DNA of 39,771 nucleotides from a virus: IMG/VR virus record IMGVR_UViG_3300045988_007823; one strand, 5' to 3'. Shown piece by piece: positions 5,824 to 12,715 of this stretch (position 1 is its first letter; each line of letters starts with the position of its first letter). The notes under the pieces were generated by a model. It saw only the letters and a program-made list of their open reading frames with translations, ran no database searches and was not told where the DNA came from. The position numbers and the translations under genes were made by a program.

Positions 5824-5886
5824 CCCCTGCTAAGGGAGTAGTCGGTGATGAGCCGAGCCCGGGTTCAAATCCCGGCTTCTCCGCCA
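5824..5886 (+). other. attP core: the 3' portion of a tRNA-Ser(GCU) gene, from the anticodon stem to CCA.
   Basis: The sequence CCC-CTGCTAA-GGGAG, a long variable arm, T arm CCGGG-TTCAAAT-CCCGG, CTTCTCC-G-CCA matches the 3' part of a class II tRNA. No 5' acceptor or D arm (GGAGAAG...) is present upstream. Confidence 0.75.
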
Positions 5887-5897
5887 AAACATTTTGA

Positions 5898-5944
5898 AAT
5901 ATGCCGGAAATCGTTAGAAATAGCGGTTTCCGGCATATTTTATG
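5898..5944 (+). terminator. Perfect 14-bp hairpin just downstream of the tRNA fragment, probably the tRNA terminator copied into attP.
   Basis: AAATATGCCGGAAA at 5898-5910/11 pairs with TTTCCGGCATATTT at 5927-5940. Only a short T tract follows. Confidence 0.45.
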
Positions 5945-6037
5945 CCTGCTTTCGTTCAATTTCAGGGAACTAAAAAATCATCAGCAAACTTGTATTTTAC
6001 TTTTCAATGCGTTTAAATTTGACTCTTTTATTTTGCG

Positions 6038-6058
6038 TAGGTCACACGGTAGGTCACA
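6038..6058 (+). repeat. Right pair of candidate arm-type integrase sites (TAGGTCACA twice).
   Basis: TAGGTCACA at 6038-6046 and 6050-6058 shows the same 12-nt spacing and orientation as the left pair. Confidence 0.55.
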
Positions 6059-6129
6059 TAGCGTTCCGGCGTCGGAGTGATCCCCGGCGCTTCTTTTTTT
6101 TATATTTTTTAAAAAAATCTGAAAAACTC

Positions 6130-6158
6130 TTGACTATGTACGTACATTGGTGTATATT
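6130..6158 (+). promoter_or_regulatory. Strong promoter TTGACT, 17-nt spacer, TATATT, with a perfect 12-bp palindrome (ATGTACGTACAT, 6136-6147) in the spacer.
   Basis: -35 at 6130-6135 and -10 at 6153-6158. The palindrome lies between the two hexamers and looks like an operator. Confidence 0.7.
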
Positions 6159-6202
6159 GTACTCACAAAGATGAAAGGGGACACCACGAAAGGAGAACAA
6201 AA

Positions 6203-6532
6203 ATGAAAATCAATAATGAATTTACCAACGAAAACGCCCACGAGTGGACAGAGCTTGACCACGTTTATTTGGTACAGGATGAACCGATCAGCGGCACCGG
6301 CGATTATTTCGAGAAGGCATTCCGTACGCTGGAAGAGGCGAACGACGACGCCCGCGAGCAGTGGCACTACCTCACAGAGCGTGAGCGCAAGCAGCGGCAC
6401 ATCTGGGTGTTTCGCGTGAATCGTGAAGACCTCGACCAGAGCATCGCCGACGAAGACCTCCCGATTGACTGGAAGGCTTACGGATGCGCCGGATCAACAG
6501 AAGGTTGCTTCGACAGTGCGGAGGGGAAATAA
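6203..6532 (+). CDS. Small acidic hypothetical protein, 109 aa.
   Basis: ATG lies 8 nt after AAAGGAG. It is Asp/Glu-rich with no recognisable motif. It is the first gene behind the operator-bearing promoter. Confidence 0.7.
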   Translation: MKINNEFTNENAHEWTELDHVYLVQDEPISGTGDYFEKAFRTLEEANDDAREQWHYLTERERKQRHIWVFRVNREDLDQSIADEDLPIDWKAYGCAGSTEGCFDSAEGK

Positions 6533-6672
6533 TGGCAAAGACCGAGCGCGTCAATCTCCGCCTCACGCCGGAGATGAAAGAGAAGTTGCAAAAAGCCGCT
6601 GATGCGGAGAACCGGACGCTGACAAACTACATCGAAAACATAATCATCAATGCATTAAAAGAGGAGGGCTGA
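6532..6672 (+). CDS. Ribbon-helix-helix (Arc/CopG-type) DNA-binding protein, 46 aa.
   Basis: MAKTERVNLRLTPEMKEKLQKAADAENRTLTNYIENIIINAL shows the typical RHH pattern. A TAATG overlap joins it to the upstream gene. GGAGGGG RBS. Confidence 0.75.
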   Translation: MAKTERVNLRLTPEMKEKLQKAADAENRTLTNYIENIIINALKEEG

Positions 6673-6688
6673 AAGGCCCTCCTTTTTG
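6662..6688. terminator. Bidirectional intrinsic terminator between the convergent plus and minus transcription units.
   Basis: An 8-bp stem pairs AGGAGGGC with GCCCTCCT, followed by TTTTT. The RHH stop codon lies in the loop. Confidence 0.7.
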
Positions 6689-6694
6689 CTTTGC

Positions 6695-7249
6695 TCACTC
6701 AACGATACACTCGTAATACCGAACGAGCTTGTCATCGTCCGCGTCCTTATCGCAAAGGAATGCTTCGGCAAGGTCGGCGTAAAACTCCGTGTTGTTGACG
6801 TTGAATTTCTTTGCCACCTTGAAGTAGTCCGAGTACAGCATGTTCATGGCGACATAGAACTCCATCGGATCACAGTCTATTTTCTTCTGATCAAGAAGAT
6901 TCTTGGTCTGCTCGTAGCTCCAATGGGCGCCCCTGCTGCCGTCCTCATTCTCAAGGCCGCGCATCCACTCGTCCGCCATTTCGCGGGTCATGCGGTCGTA
7001 CCCTCCGGCATAGCCGCGGTCATACTCTCCGCCGTAGCTCTCGCCCATACGCGGCTCATAGGAAAATCCGATTCGGCGGCGGTCGTCGTAGTAGTCCGTG
7101 TATTCGTCGCGGTAGTCATTGCGTGGGGCATAGCGCCCGTTGTTGTAATGCTCGCGGCCTCGGCTGTCGCGGTATCTTTCCTGCGGCTCGTAGTCACGGT
7201 TATTCTGTATCTGGTAGTCTCGGATGCGTCTGATTCTGTCCGCTCTCAT
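6695..7249 (-). CDS. Hypothetical protein with an Arg/Asp/Tyr-rich low-complexity N-terminal half and a globular C-terminal domain.
   Basis: 184 aa. The N-terminus reads RDYQIQNNRDYEPQERYRDSRGREHYNNGRYAPRNDYRDEYTDYYDDRRR. The C-terminus reads ...CDPMEFYVAMNMLYSDYFKVAKKF.... ATGA overlap with the upstream gene. AGGAG RBS. Confidence 0.7.
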   Translation of the reverse strand: MRADRIRRIRDYQIQNNRDYEPQERYRDSRGREHYNNGRYAPRNDYRDEYTDYYDDRRRIGFSYEPRMGESYGGEYDRGYAGGYDRMTREMADEWMRGLENEDGSRGAHWSYEQTKNLLDQKKIDCDPMEFYVAMNMLYSDYFKVAKKFNVNNTEFYADLAEAFLCDKDADDDKLVRYYECIVE

Positions 7250-7635
7250 GTCGTAGCTCCTGTCTCCGCGTTAATGGCGGTAAGATCATTGCTCGGCGAG
7301 CAGCACGGTTTCCCGATCATTCGGAACGTGCCGCCCGTGGCGTTGGTGACTACAATCGTGCTGTACTTCGTCCGAGTCCGCACACCACACGCAGTTACGG
7401 GAGCGCAGCATCGATTCGTCAGCGGGAACTGCGCCGTTCCCGCGCCAATGGTGAACACAACCGGCGCGTTAATCGTCGCCGTCGTTGGGATGCTCTGTGC
7501 CAGAACGATGCAGTATTTTTCTCCGTTGGAATAGTTGCCATCTGGGAGATTGACAACAAGATTCCCGCCGGTAAACGTGATCGCTTGGCTAAGAATCAGC
7601 CTTTTGCAAAGCTGACAAACGGGTTTGCAAGCCAT
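7246..7635 (-). CDS. Cys-rich beta-type hypothetical protein, 129 aa with 10 Cys.
   Basis: MACKPVCQLCK...NRCCAPVTACG...GKPCCSP. The RBS GAAAGGAG lies upstream of the ATG. Confidence 0.7.
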   Translation of the reverse strand: MACKPVCQLCKRLILSQAITFTGGNLVVNLPDGNYSNGEKYCIVLAQSIPTTATINAPVVFTIGAGTAQFPLTNRCCAPVTACGVRTRTKYSTIVVTNATGGTFRMIGKPCCSPSNDLTAINAETGATT

Positions 7636-7650
7636 TATAAACTCCTTTCA

Positions 7651-7670
7651 GGGGCGGGATTTCCCGCCCC
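7651..7670 (-). promoter_or_regulatory. Stable intercistronic GC hairpin (GGGGCGGG-aaat-CCCGCCCC) with no T tract.
   Basis: A perfect 8-bp GC stem lies between the 236-aa and 129-aa genes. Confidence 0.4.
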
Positions 7671-7680
7671 GATCACATTT

Positions 7681-8391
7681 TCAGCACCCGCAGCAGGTGT
7701 TCTGGTTGCAGCAGTAAGGGTTCTGCACCTGATACGCAGGGACGGGGGACGGTCGCAGCGCATTGATGAGCGTCGCGTTCTGTGCGCTCTGCGAAGCGGC
7801 AAGCCGCAGCGCCTGATTGTCCGCCTCAAGGGTCTGGATCTTGCTCTGCGTGAGGAAGTCGAGGATAGCACGGGTTCCGGCGTTCTGGTTGTCCGTGATG
7901 TCACGGGCAACATTCTGGATGGTGTTCCGGGTATCGCACGCCTGCGTCGCCATGTCATATCGCACCTGTGCGATAGCCTGCCGGTTCTCGCAGCAGCAGT
8001 TCTGATTCTGCATCTGCATGGCGTTGAGCTGCTGCATGAGCGCCGCCTGCTGATTGCATCGGGCAAGCTCCGCCGCAGAGAAGCCGCTCGTCACGGCCTG
8101 CGTCACACCGGCAAAGCCGTTAAGCATTCCAGTGTTCATCGCGTAGAAGCCGTCACAAACGCCGTTGTTCACCGCGTCGATCTTGCGCTCAACGTTAGCA
8201 AAGTCGGAGGCAAGGACATAGCCATCGGTTACACCGCCGGAATTGCCGCCGCCGAAGCCATAGCCGCCGTTGCCCCATCCGAAAATCAGCGCAAAGATGA
8301 TGATAGCCCACCAACCGTCGCCGCCGAAAAGACCGCCTCGGTTATTGTCGCCCTGCCCGGCAAGAAAGCCGTTCATAAAATCGTCTGCCAT
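7681..8391 (-). CDS. Membrane protein with a Gly-rich N-terminus, one TM helix, a Gln/Asn-rich coiled coil, and CCC and CC..CCGC clusters.
   Basis: 236 aa. It contains GGDGWWAIIIFALIFGWGNGGYGFGGGNSGG, an internal NQNCCCENR, and the C-terminal NPYCCNQNTCCGC. Confidence 0.75.
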   Translation of the reverse strand: MADDFMNGFLAGQGDNNRGGLFGGDGWWAIIIFALIFGWGNGGYGFGGGNSGGVTDGYVLASDFANVERKIDAVNNGVCDGFYAMNTGMLNGFAGVTQAVTSGFSAAELARCNQQAALMQQLNAMQMQNQNCCCENRQAIAQVRYDMATQACDTRNTIQNVARDITDNQNAGTRAILDFLTQSKIQTLEADNQALRLAASQSAQNATLINALRPSPVPAYQVQNPYCCNQNTCCGC

Positions 8392-8400
8392 AGAAAAAAG

Positions 8401-8488
8401 CTCCTATCAGTTTATTTACATCCGGGCGCGCGCCTCCCGGCTGCATTCGAGAAGCGGCTTTTAATCAAGATGCCGGAACTGATAGGAG
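8401..8488 (-). promoter_or_regulatory. Long-range hairpin whose 3' arm contains the Shine-Dalgarno sequence of the 236-aa gene.
   Basis: On the minus strand CTCCTATCAG (complement of 8479-8488) pairs perfectly with CTGATAGGAG (complement of 8401-8410). CTTTTTTCT and the ATG at 8391 follow. Confidence 0.5.
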
Positions 8489-8493
8489 AATGT

Positions 8494-8715
8494 TTATTTA
8501 AGCCCAAGACTTTTGGCGATTTCCTCCACGGTCGTTCCGCGTTCTTTCGCCATGTTCTCCGCCATCTGCCGGAGCTGGTCGGGCGTCTTGCCCTGAACCA
8601 TCTTTAGCGCCTGTTGCGCTCGCGGATCGCGTCCAGCCATCTGCTGTATTAGCGTCATCTGGTTTCCGCCGGTACGGGCGAGGCTTATCAAATTGAAAAT
8701 AAGATTATTCATCAT
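8494..8715 (-). CDS. Small helical hypothetical protein, 73 aa.
   Basis: GGAGGG lies about 10 nt upstream of the ATG. It overlaps the upstream gene by 11 nt. Confidence 0.6.
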   Translation of the reverse strand: MMNNLIFNLISLARTGGNQMTLIQQMAGRDPRAQQALKMVQGKTPDQLRQMAENMAKERGTTVEEIAKSLGLK

Positions 8716-9058
8716 CGTCTTCTACCCTCCGGCGCTTTTTCGCTGTCAGCTCCGCCCGCAGAGCGTCAAGGTCGGCTTTCGTCGCGTACTCTACAGCCGG
8801 AGTTTGTTCCGGGGTGAAAAGCTTGAAATCAAAGAAGTCGGAAGCCCCTGTCTGCTGGTTAAAACGTTTCAGGTAGATCATGCCGTGCCCGATGTCCGGC
8901 ATTACGACGCCGAGAGAAAAGTAGTCCGTGCTTGTGGCAATAGCCTCTTCGCGGCTAGTGACCGGCTTGCAGACGTATCCGGGAGCAATCTGCTGCACGG
9001 GCTGCGGTCGCTGATATCCGCCGTAAAACTGCTGTGGCTGCTGGTAGTAGTTTTCCAT
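8705..9058 (-). CDS. Hypothetical protein with a Gln/Pro/Tyr-rich N-terminus (MENYYQQPQQFYGGYQRPQPVQQ...) and a basic/acidic tail.
   Basis: The start is set at ATG 9058. The longer ORF start at 9091 would lie inside the terminator hairpin. Confidence 0.65.
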   Translation of the reverse strand: MENYYQQPQQFYGGYQRPQPVQQIAPGYVCKPVTSREEAIATSTDYFSLGVVMPDIGHGMIYLKRFNQQTGASDFFDFKLFTPEQTPAVEYATKADLDALRAELTAKKRRRVEDDDE

Positions 9059-9090
9059 TTCTTCACGTCCTTTCTGCCCCCATTGTCGCA

Positions 9091-9124
9091 TAAAAAAAGA
9101 GGGCTAACCCATCGGTTAGCCCTC
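9091..9124 (-). terminator. Strong intrinsic terminator after the sigma-r4-like gene.
   Basis: On the minus strand GAGGGCTAACC-gatg-GGTTAGCCCTC is followed by TTTTTTT. Confidence 0.75.
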
Positions 9125-9144
9125 AATAATCCGTCAAAAACCCA

Positions 9145-9408
9145 TCATTCGATTGCAGCGGCGATCTTGTCCTTGATCGCCCGTATACGGCGCTCGACTT
9201 TCTCTGTGCCGTACAGTTCCGTATCCGTCTGCATGGCGAAAGAAATTTGCAAAACGCTCATGCCCTTTGCCCGCAGGCGGAAGATTTTTAATTCTTCGTC
9301 GGTAAAGCCGCAGTCCCGCTCAAACTGTTCGCGTAGCTCGCGCGGGAATTGCAGCTTAATCTTTGTCCCTGGCGTTGTTAAACTCCGTAGGAGGCTCTCT
9401 GTCGTCAT
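9145..9408 (-). CDS. Small sigma-70 region-4/LuxR-type HTH protein, 87 aa.
   Basis: FTDEELKIFRLRAKGMSVLQISFAMQ....VERRIRAIKDKI resembles sigma region 4 type HTH. A 50-aa ORF at 9356..9508 overlaps its 5' end in another frame, so the true N-terminus is uncertain. Confidence 0.6.
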   Translation of the reverse strand: MTTESLLRSLTTPGTKIKLQFPRELREQFERDCGFTDEELKIFRLRAKGMSVLQISFAMQTDTELYGTEKVERRIRAIKDKIAAAIE

Positions 9409-9545
9409 TGGCTACACTCTCCATGTATGCGTTAAAAAGTGTCTCTGCGAGGCGTTCAGACGCCTCGACGCCATTGATGCGGCAGAATATTTTTACGGAT
9501 TCTTTCATGATTCCGCAGTGTCGGTTTACAAAATTTTTGTTGCCG

Positions 9546-9866
9546 TCAGGCGGCTTTGAACTTATCGTTCATTTCCTTAACGGCAGCTTCGAGAAGCACC
9601 TTAAGCTCGTCCTCCGTGGTTTTGATGCCCTTCTGTTCGAGCATGGAGGCAGCGACAGCCATGGCGCGGGACATCTTCTCGTCGCCGTGGATATCCTTAT
9701 ACACCTGTTCAATGTACGCAACGGTAGTTGCCGCTACCTTGCGCTTGGTATCGGTATTGACATACTTTTCATACTGCTTCGCGGCGTAAGACGCGGCAAT
9801 GCCGCAGATGGCGAGGATGATGTACTTGATGATTTCCATGCCGTAGGTAGTGATAATCTCGTTCAT
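9546..9866 (-). CDS. Holin (LL-H-like: N-terminal TM helix and long helical C-terminal part).
   Basis: 106 aa with the TM helix IIKYIILAICGIAASYAA. It lies immediately upstream of the lysis cassette. AAGGAG RBS. Confidence 0.65.
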   Translation of the reverse strand: MNEIITTYGMEIIKYIILAICGIAASYAAKQYEKYVNTDTKRKVAATTVAYIEQVYKDIHGDEKMSRAMAVAASMLEQKGIKTTEDELKVLLEAAVKEMNDKFKAA

Positions 9867-9878
9867 TGCAAATTCTCC

Positions 9879-10265
9879 TTACTTCAAAAAATCGTTTTTC
9901 TTTAGATGGCCCGCGTAGACGCAGTTAAGATGCTGAATGGTGTTTGCGGCGCGGTTGTTTTCGTATAGCGGGTGGCCGGAGCAGTAGTCCTCGTATCGGT
10001 CAACGTCCCGGAGAACGTCCGCCCAATGCTCGGCGGTGTGCAAGACGCCCTGCCGCACCTCATCGCCGAAGCGGAGGATGCGGCTTCGCGCCTCGTCCGC
10101 GCGGCACGCAGCGTCGTCCTCGATGTGCTTTACGAGCTTACCGTCTAAGGCGTCCAAACGCTTCACGATCTCGCTTTTGCTCTTACGGTTGGCGAGGATC
10201 AGCGAGAAGATGCCAGCAACGGCAGCCCCGCCGCACGCGGTGATGATTGTCTTTATGATTTCCAT
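9879..10265 (-). CDS. Membrane-anchored lysis-cassette protein (single N-terminal TM helix).
   Basis: 128 aa with the TM helix IITACGGAAVAGIFSLILA. It sits between the endolysin and the holin. Confidence 0.55.
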   Translation of the reverse strand: MEIIKTIITACGGAAVAGIFSLILANRKSKSEIVKRLDALDGKLVKHIEDDAACRADEARSRILRFGDEVRQGVLHTAEHWADVLRDVDRYEDYCSGHPLYENNRAANTIQHLNCVYAGHLKKNDFLK

Positions 10266-10274
10266 TTATTTCTC

Positions 10275-11036
10275 CTACTTTACTCCGAGGATACGGTTTA
10301 CTTCGCCCTGCACGAGATCGTAAAACCACGTGCCGAGCTTCTGCTTTCGCTCCTCGCCGTTGCCCCACTTCCCGTCAAGCACCTCCTGCGCCATCGCCGA
10401 GACGCTTACGCATTCCCCGTCCTTTTCGTAGGGGCGTGGCTCGGCTCCGCCCGCCGCGCCATCGTCAAAATACGAAAGCGGGACGTGCATGATATCAAGG
10501 TCAAGTGGCTCCCCGCGGTACTGGTGAAAGATGCATTTCCCAGACAGATCGGGATAATGCTCCCCGTCGTTCCATCCCCACGCCGCGATCCATTTGTCAT
10601 ACCCCGTGTCCCCGATGCGGTTTTCAAACCAGTCGAGATTCGCGTACACACCAGTCCTGTTCCCGGCCTCTTCCATAGCCGCGCAGAAGGTCTTGCACAT
10701 CGCGGTGATCGTCTCGTTAGACGGGAAGCCGTTCGTCTGCTTGTACCCGTCCGCGTCCTCCATGTCGAACCACACGCCGAGACGGGGCTTCCGGCCATTG
10801 AGAAAGCGCAGACACCGCTCCGCCTCCAATTTAGCCGTCTGCACATTCAGCGCATAGCTGTACCAGTAGATGCCCCACGGGATACCGAGCGCGTCGCATT
10901 TGGCAATGTTGCGCTCCGCCCATTTGTCGGCATTTCGGATGCCGTAGCCGCCGCGGATGATGACAAAGCCATCTTTGTACGTGGTGAAATCGAAATCGCC
11001 CTGATGCTCGGAAACGTCTATACCGTTCATTTCCAT
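10275..11036 (-). CDS. Endolysin: GH25 muramidase with a C-terminal Cpl-7 (CW_7)-like cell-wall-binding repeat.
   Basis: MEMNGIDVSEHQGDFDF is the GH25 signature. The C-terminal AQEVLDGKWGNGEERKQKLG...LVQGEVNRILG resembles a CW_7 repeat. The start is set at ATG 11036, after GGAGG. Confidence 0.9.
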   Translation of the reverse strand: MEMNGIDVSEHQGDFDFTTYKDGFVIIRGGYGIRNADKWAERNIAKCDALGIPWGIYWYSYALNVQTAKLEAERCLRFLNGRKPRLGVWFDMEDADGYKQTNGFPSNETITAMCKTFCAAMEEAGNRTGVYANLDWFENRIGDTGYDKWIAAWGWNDGEHYPDLSGKCIFHQYRGEPLDLDIMHVPLSYFDDGAAGGAEPRPYEKDGECVSVSAMAQEVLDGKWGNGEERKQKLGTWFYDLVQGEVNRILGVK

Positions 11037-11530
11037 GTTCCTCCTGCTTTGAATTCTGCCAGCGCATTTTTCCAAGTGCCGCCCTTGCGGTACAGCGTCG
11101 CCTGCTTCCACGTCCCGCCGACCTTGAAATAAAGCGTCGAGCCGAGCAGCGCGGGGGCGGCAAAGGTCGCGGTTTGCGTGGCGACCGGGATGTCAACACC
11201 GCCGACATTTGCGGTGATCGTTACGCCTTCTCCGGCTTCTCCGACGAAATAGAACGTTGTCGTTCCTTTTGAGACGCCGAAGGACGTGTCCTCCGTTCCG
11301 GTAACGCTGCCGATGTCACACCGAAGCTTCCATTTCTCCGGCGGGTAATAAGTGCCGTAGCTGCCGTTGCCGCTCGTCAGCTCGGCTTTAACTGCAAACT
11401 GCCTGCCGTTCAGACGGGCGATGTAGAGCTTTCCGGAAAGGCTCCAATGGTTCGCTGCTCCCGAAACGCTTTTTTCCTGCTCCCAAGCGCTGCCGCTTGG
11501 CAGCTCCGGCGCTGTCTGTGACCATGCCAT
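11027..11530 (-). CDS. Tail-fiber-associated protein with three C-terminal GGTWK repeats.
   Basis: 167 aa. The C-terminus reads KVGGTWKQATLYRKGGTWKNALAEFKAGGTWK. It lies directly downstream of the fiber gene. Confidence 0.6.
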   Translation of the reverse strand: MAWSQTAPELPSGSAWEQEKSVSGAANHWSLSGKLYIARLNGRQFAVKAELTSGNGSYGTYYPPEKWKLRCDIGSVTGTEDTSFGVSKGTTTFYFVGEAGEGVTITANVGGVDIPVATQTATFAAPALLGSTLYFKVGGTWKQATLYRKGGTWKNALAEFKAGGTWK

Positions 11531-11539
11531 GCCCGCACC

Positions 11540-12712
11540 TCACTCCGAATACATGAGATAGATATCCCCGTCGCTGCCGAGCTCGGCGCCCGGCTCCGTC
11601 GTTCCGGCGTAAACGTGCCGCACCTGATCGGCGGCAAGGCCGAACTTGGTGTAGGGGATGTCGTCGGCAAGCTGACCAGCGCCAACCGTCTTGTCCGCGA
11701 TCTTCTCCGCCGTAACGACCTTGCCGCCGAGATTCGCTGTGCCTACCGCACCGTTGGCGTTGGACAGCGCTCCAAGATTTGCCCGCGCCGTTGCTGCGTC
11801 TGCGGCCCCCGTGCCGCCGGAATCGACGGGCAGCGCCGTGGTCTTAAAGGCCGCGCGGATTTTTGACACGATGTTAGACCAAGGGGTTTTCCGATTCAGC
11901 GATACGGAAATATCATAGAATGGGAAATAGTCTCCGTCCGCAAGCGTAGCTTCTGCGGCAAGATCTTTTGTCGCCGCCTGTTTCGCTTCGATCGCATCCG
12001 GAATTGTAGTTTCATCATCTGCGCTCACGGGGATATCGTCGCCGGTTAACGTCACGTTGCCGGAGGCGTCCGGCGATTTCGTGTTCACTGACACGACAGA
12101 GCCGGAGCCGTTCATTCCGTTATAAACGGAGAATGTGGTAAACTCCCCATTGTCGAACGTGATTTTGTATGTATCCGTCGTACCGGCGGCGTGTGTGCCG
12201 CTTTGTAGCGTGATGGACGCTATGCCGTTGCCGTTCTTTACATTGAACGTGGAGGTCGTTCCGTCCGTGAGCGTAACGGTGTAGGTGTCCGTCAAGCCGC
12301 TCGTTGCCGTCTTTGCAATGCTCTTGATGGATGAACCGTTTGTTACGGTAAAGTTGGTGCTTGTGTTATCCGAGAACGAGATTTTATAAGTATCCACAAG
12401 GCCGGATGTGCTGATTTTCGCAACGCTCGTAATTGCCCGACCATCCATTCCCTTGTCGCCCTTTGCACCGGTCGCGCCGCGTACCGAAGTAGTCTTTACC
12501 TCCGTATCGTCAGACATGATGAACGTCAGGGTATAGTCATCGTTTAGGGTAATGCTCTTAATGCCGCCGTGCCCGTCAAGAGCCGTTGCAAGGTCATTGA
12601 TAAGCACCTGTCCAGTCAGGGACTTTGCCTGTCCCGCCTGCTCCATTACAAACAGGTCTGTCGTTGTTACGGTTGATGCTCTAGGAAGCTCGCCTACTGT
12701 TTTGTCTGCCAA
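11540..12712 (-). CDS. Tail fiber/receptor-binding protein with a short collagen-like stretch and four ~30-aa beta repeats.
   Basis: TTG start lies 8 nt after AAGGAGGG. It contains GATGAKGDKGMDG and the repeats S(I/V)AK..TSGL.DTY.(I/V).F(S/T)D.T...F.V.NG. Confidence 0.8.
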   Translation of the reverse strand: MADKTVGELPRASTVTTTDLFVMEQAGQAKSLTGQVLINDLATALDGHGGIKSITLNDDYTLTFIMSDDTEVKTTSVRGATGAKGDKGMDGRAITSVAKISTSGLVDTYKISFSDNTSTNFTVTNGSSIKSIAKTATSGLTDTYTVTLTDGTTSTFNVKNGNGIASITLQSGTHAAGTTDTYKITFDNGEFTTFSVYNGMNGSGSVVSVNTKSPDASGNVTLTGDDIPVSADDETTIPDAIEAKQAATKDLAAEATLADGDYFPFYDISVSLNRKTPWSNIVSKIRAAFKTTALPVDSGGTGAADAATARANLGALSNANGAVGTANLGGKVVTAEKIADKTVGAGQLADDIPYTKFGLAADQVRHVYAGTTEPGAELGSDGDIYLMYSE

Positions 12713-12715
12713 GGA

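Noticed and set aside
5800-5890. A complete tRNA-Ser gene.
   Set aside because: Only the part from the anticodon stem to CCA is present. The sequence upstream of 5824 cannot form the 5' anticodon-stem strand, D arm or acceptor strand (no GGAGAAG). It is therefore treated as the attP core.
5657-5959. 100-aa minus-strand ORF across the attP region.
   Set aside because: It overlaps the tRNA fragment and hairpin in antisense, has no RBS, and sits in an AT-rich intergenic context.
6061-6110. An intrinsic terminator upstream of the 6130 promoter (GC segment followed by a long T/A tract).
   Set aside because: The GC segment forms at most a 4-bp CCGG/CCGG stem. The T-rich and A-rich run (TTCTTTTTTTTATATTTTTTAAAAAAA) is more likely an AT-rich bend or UP-like region.
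6686-8607. Long plus-strand ORFs 6686..7534 (282 aa) and 7585..8607 (340 aa).
   Set aside because: They are antisense shadows of well-supported minus-strand genes. They are Val/Ala/Arg/Leu-rich, lack RBSs and start with non-ATG codons.
9356-9508. 50-aa ORF (MKESVKIFCRINGVEASERL...) overlapping the 5' end of the sigma-r4-like gene.
   Set aside because: It has a weak RBS and a 53-nt out-of-frame overlap with 9145..9408. It could be real, or the two could be one gene split by a frameshift. I could not decide from the sequence, so it is not listed as a feature.
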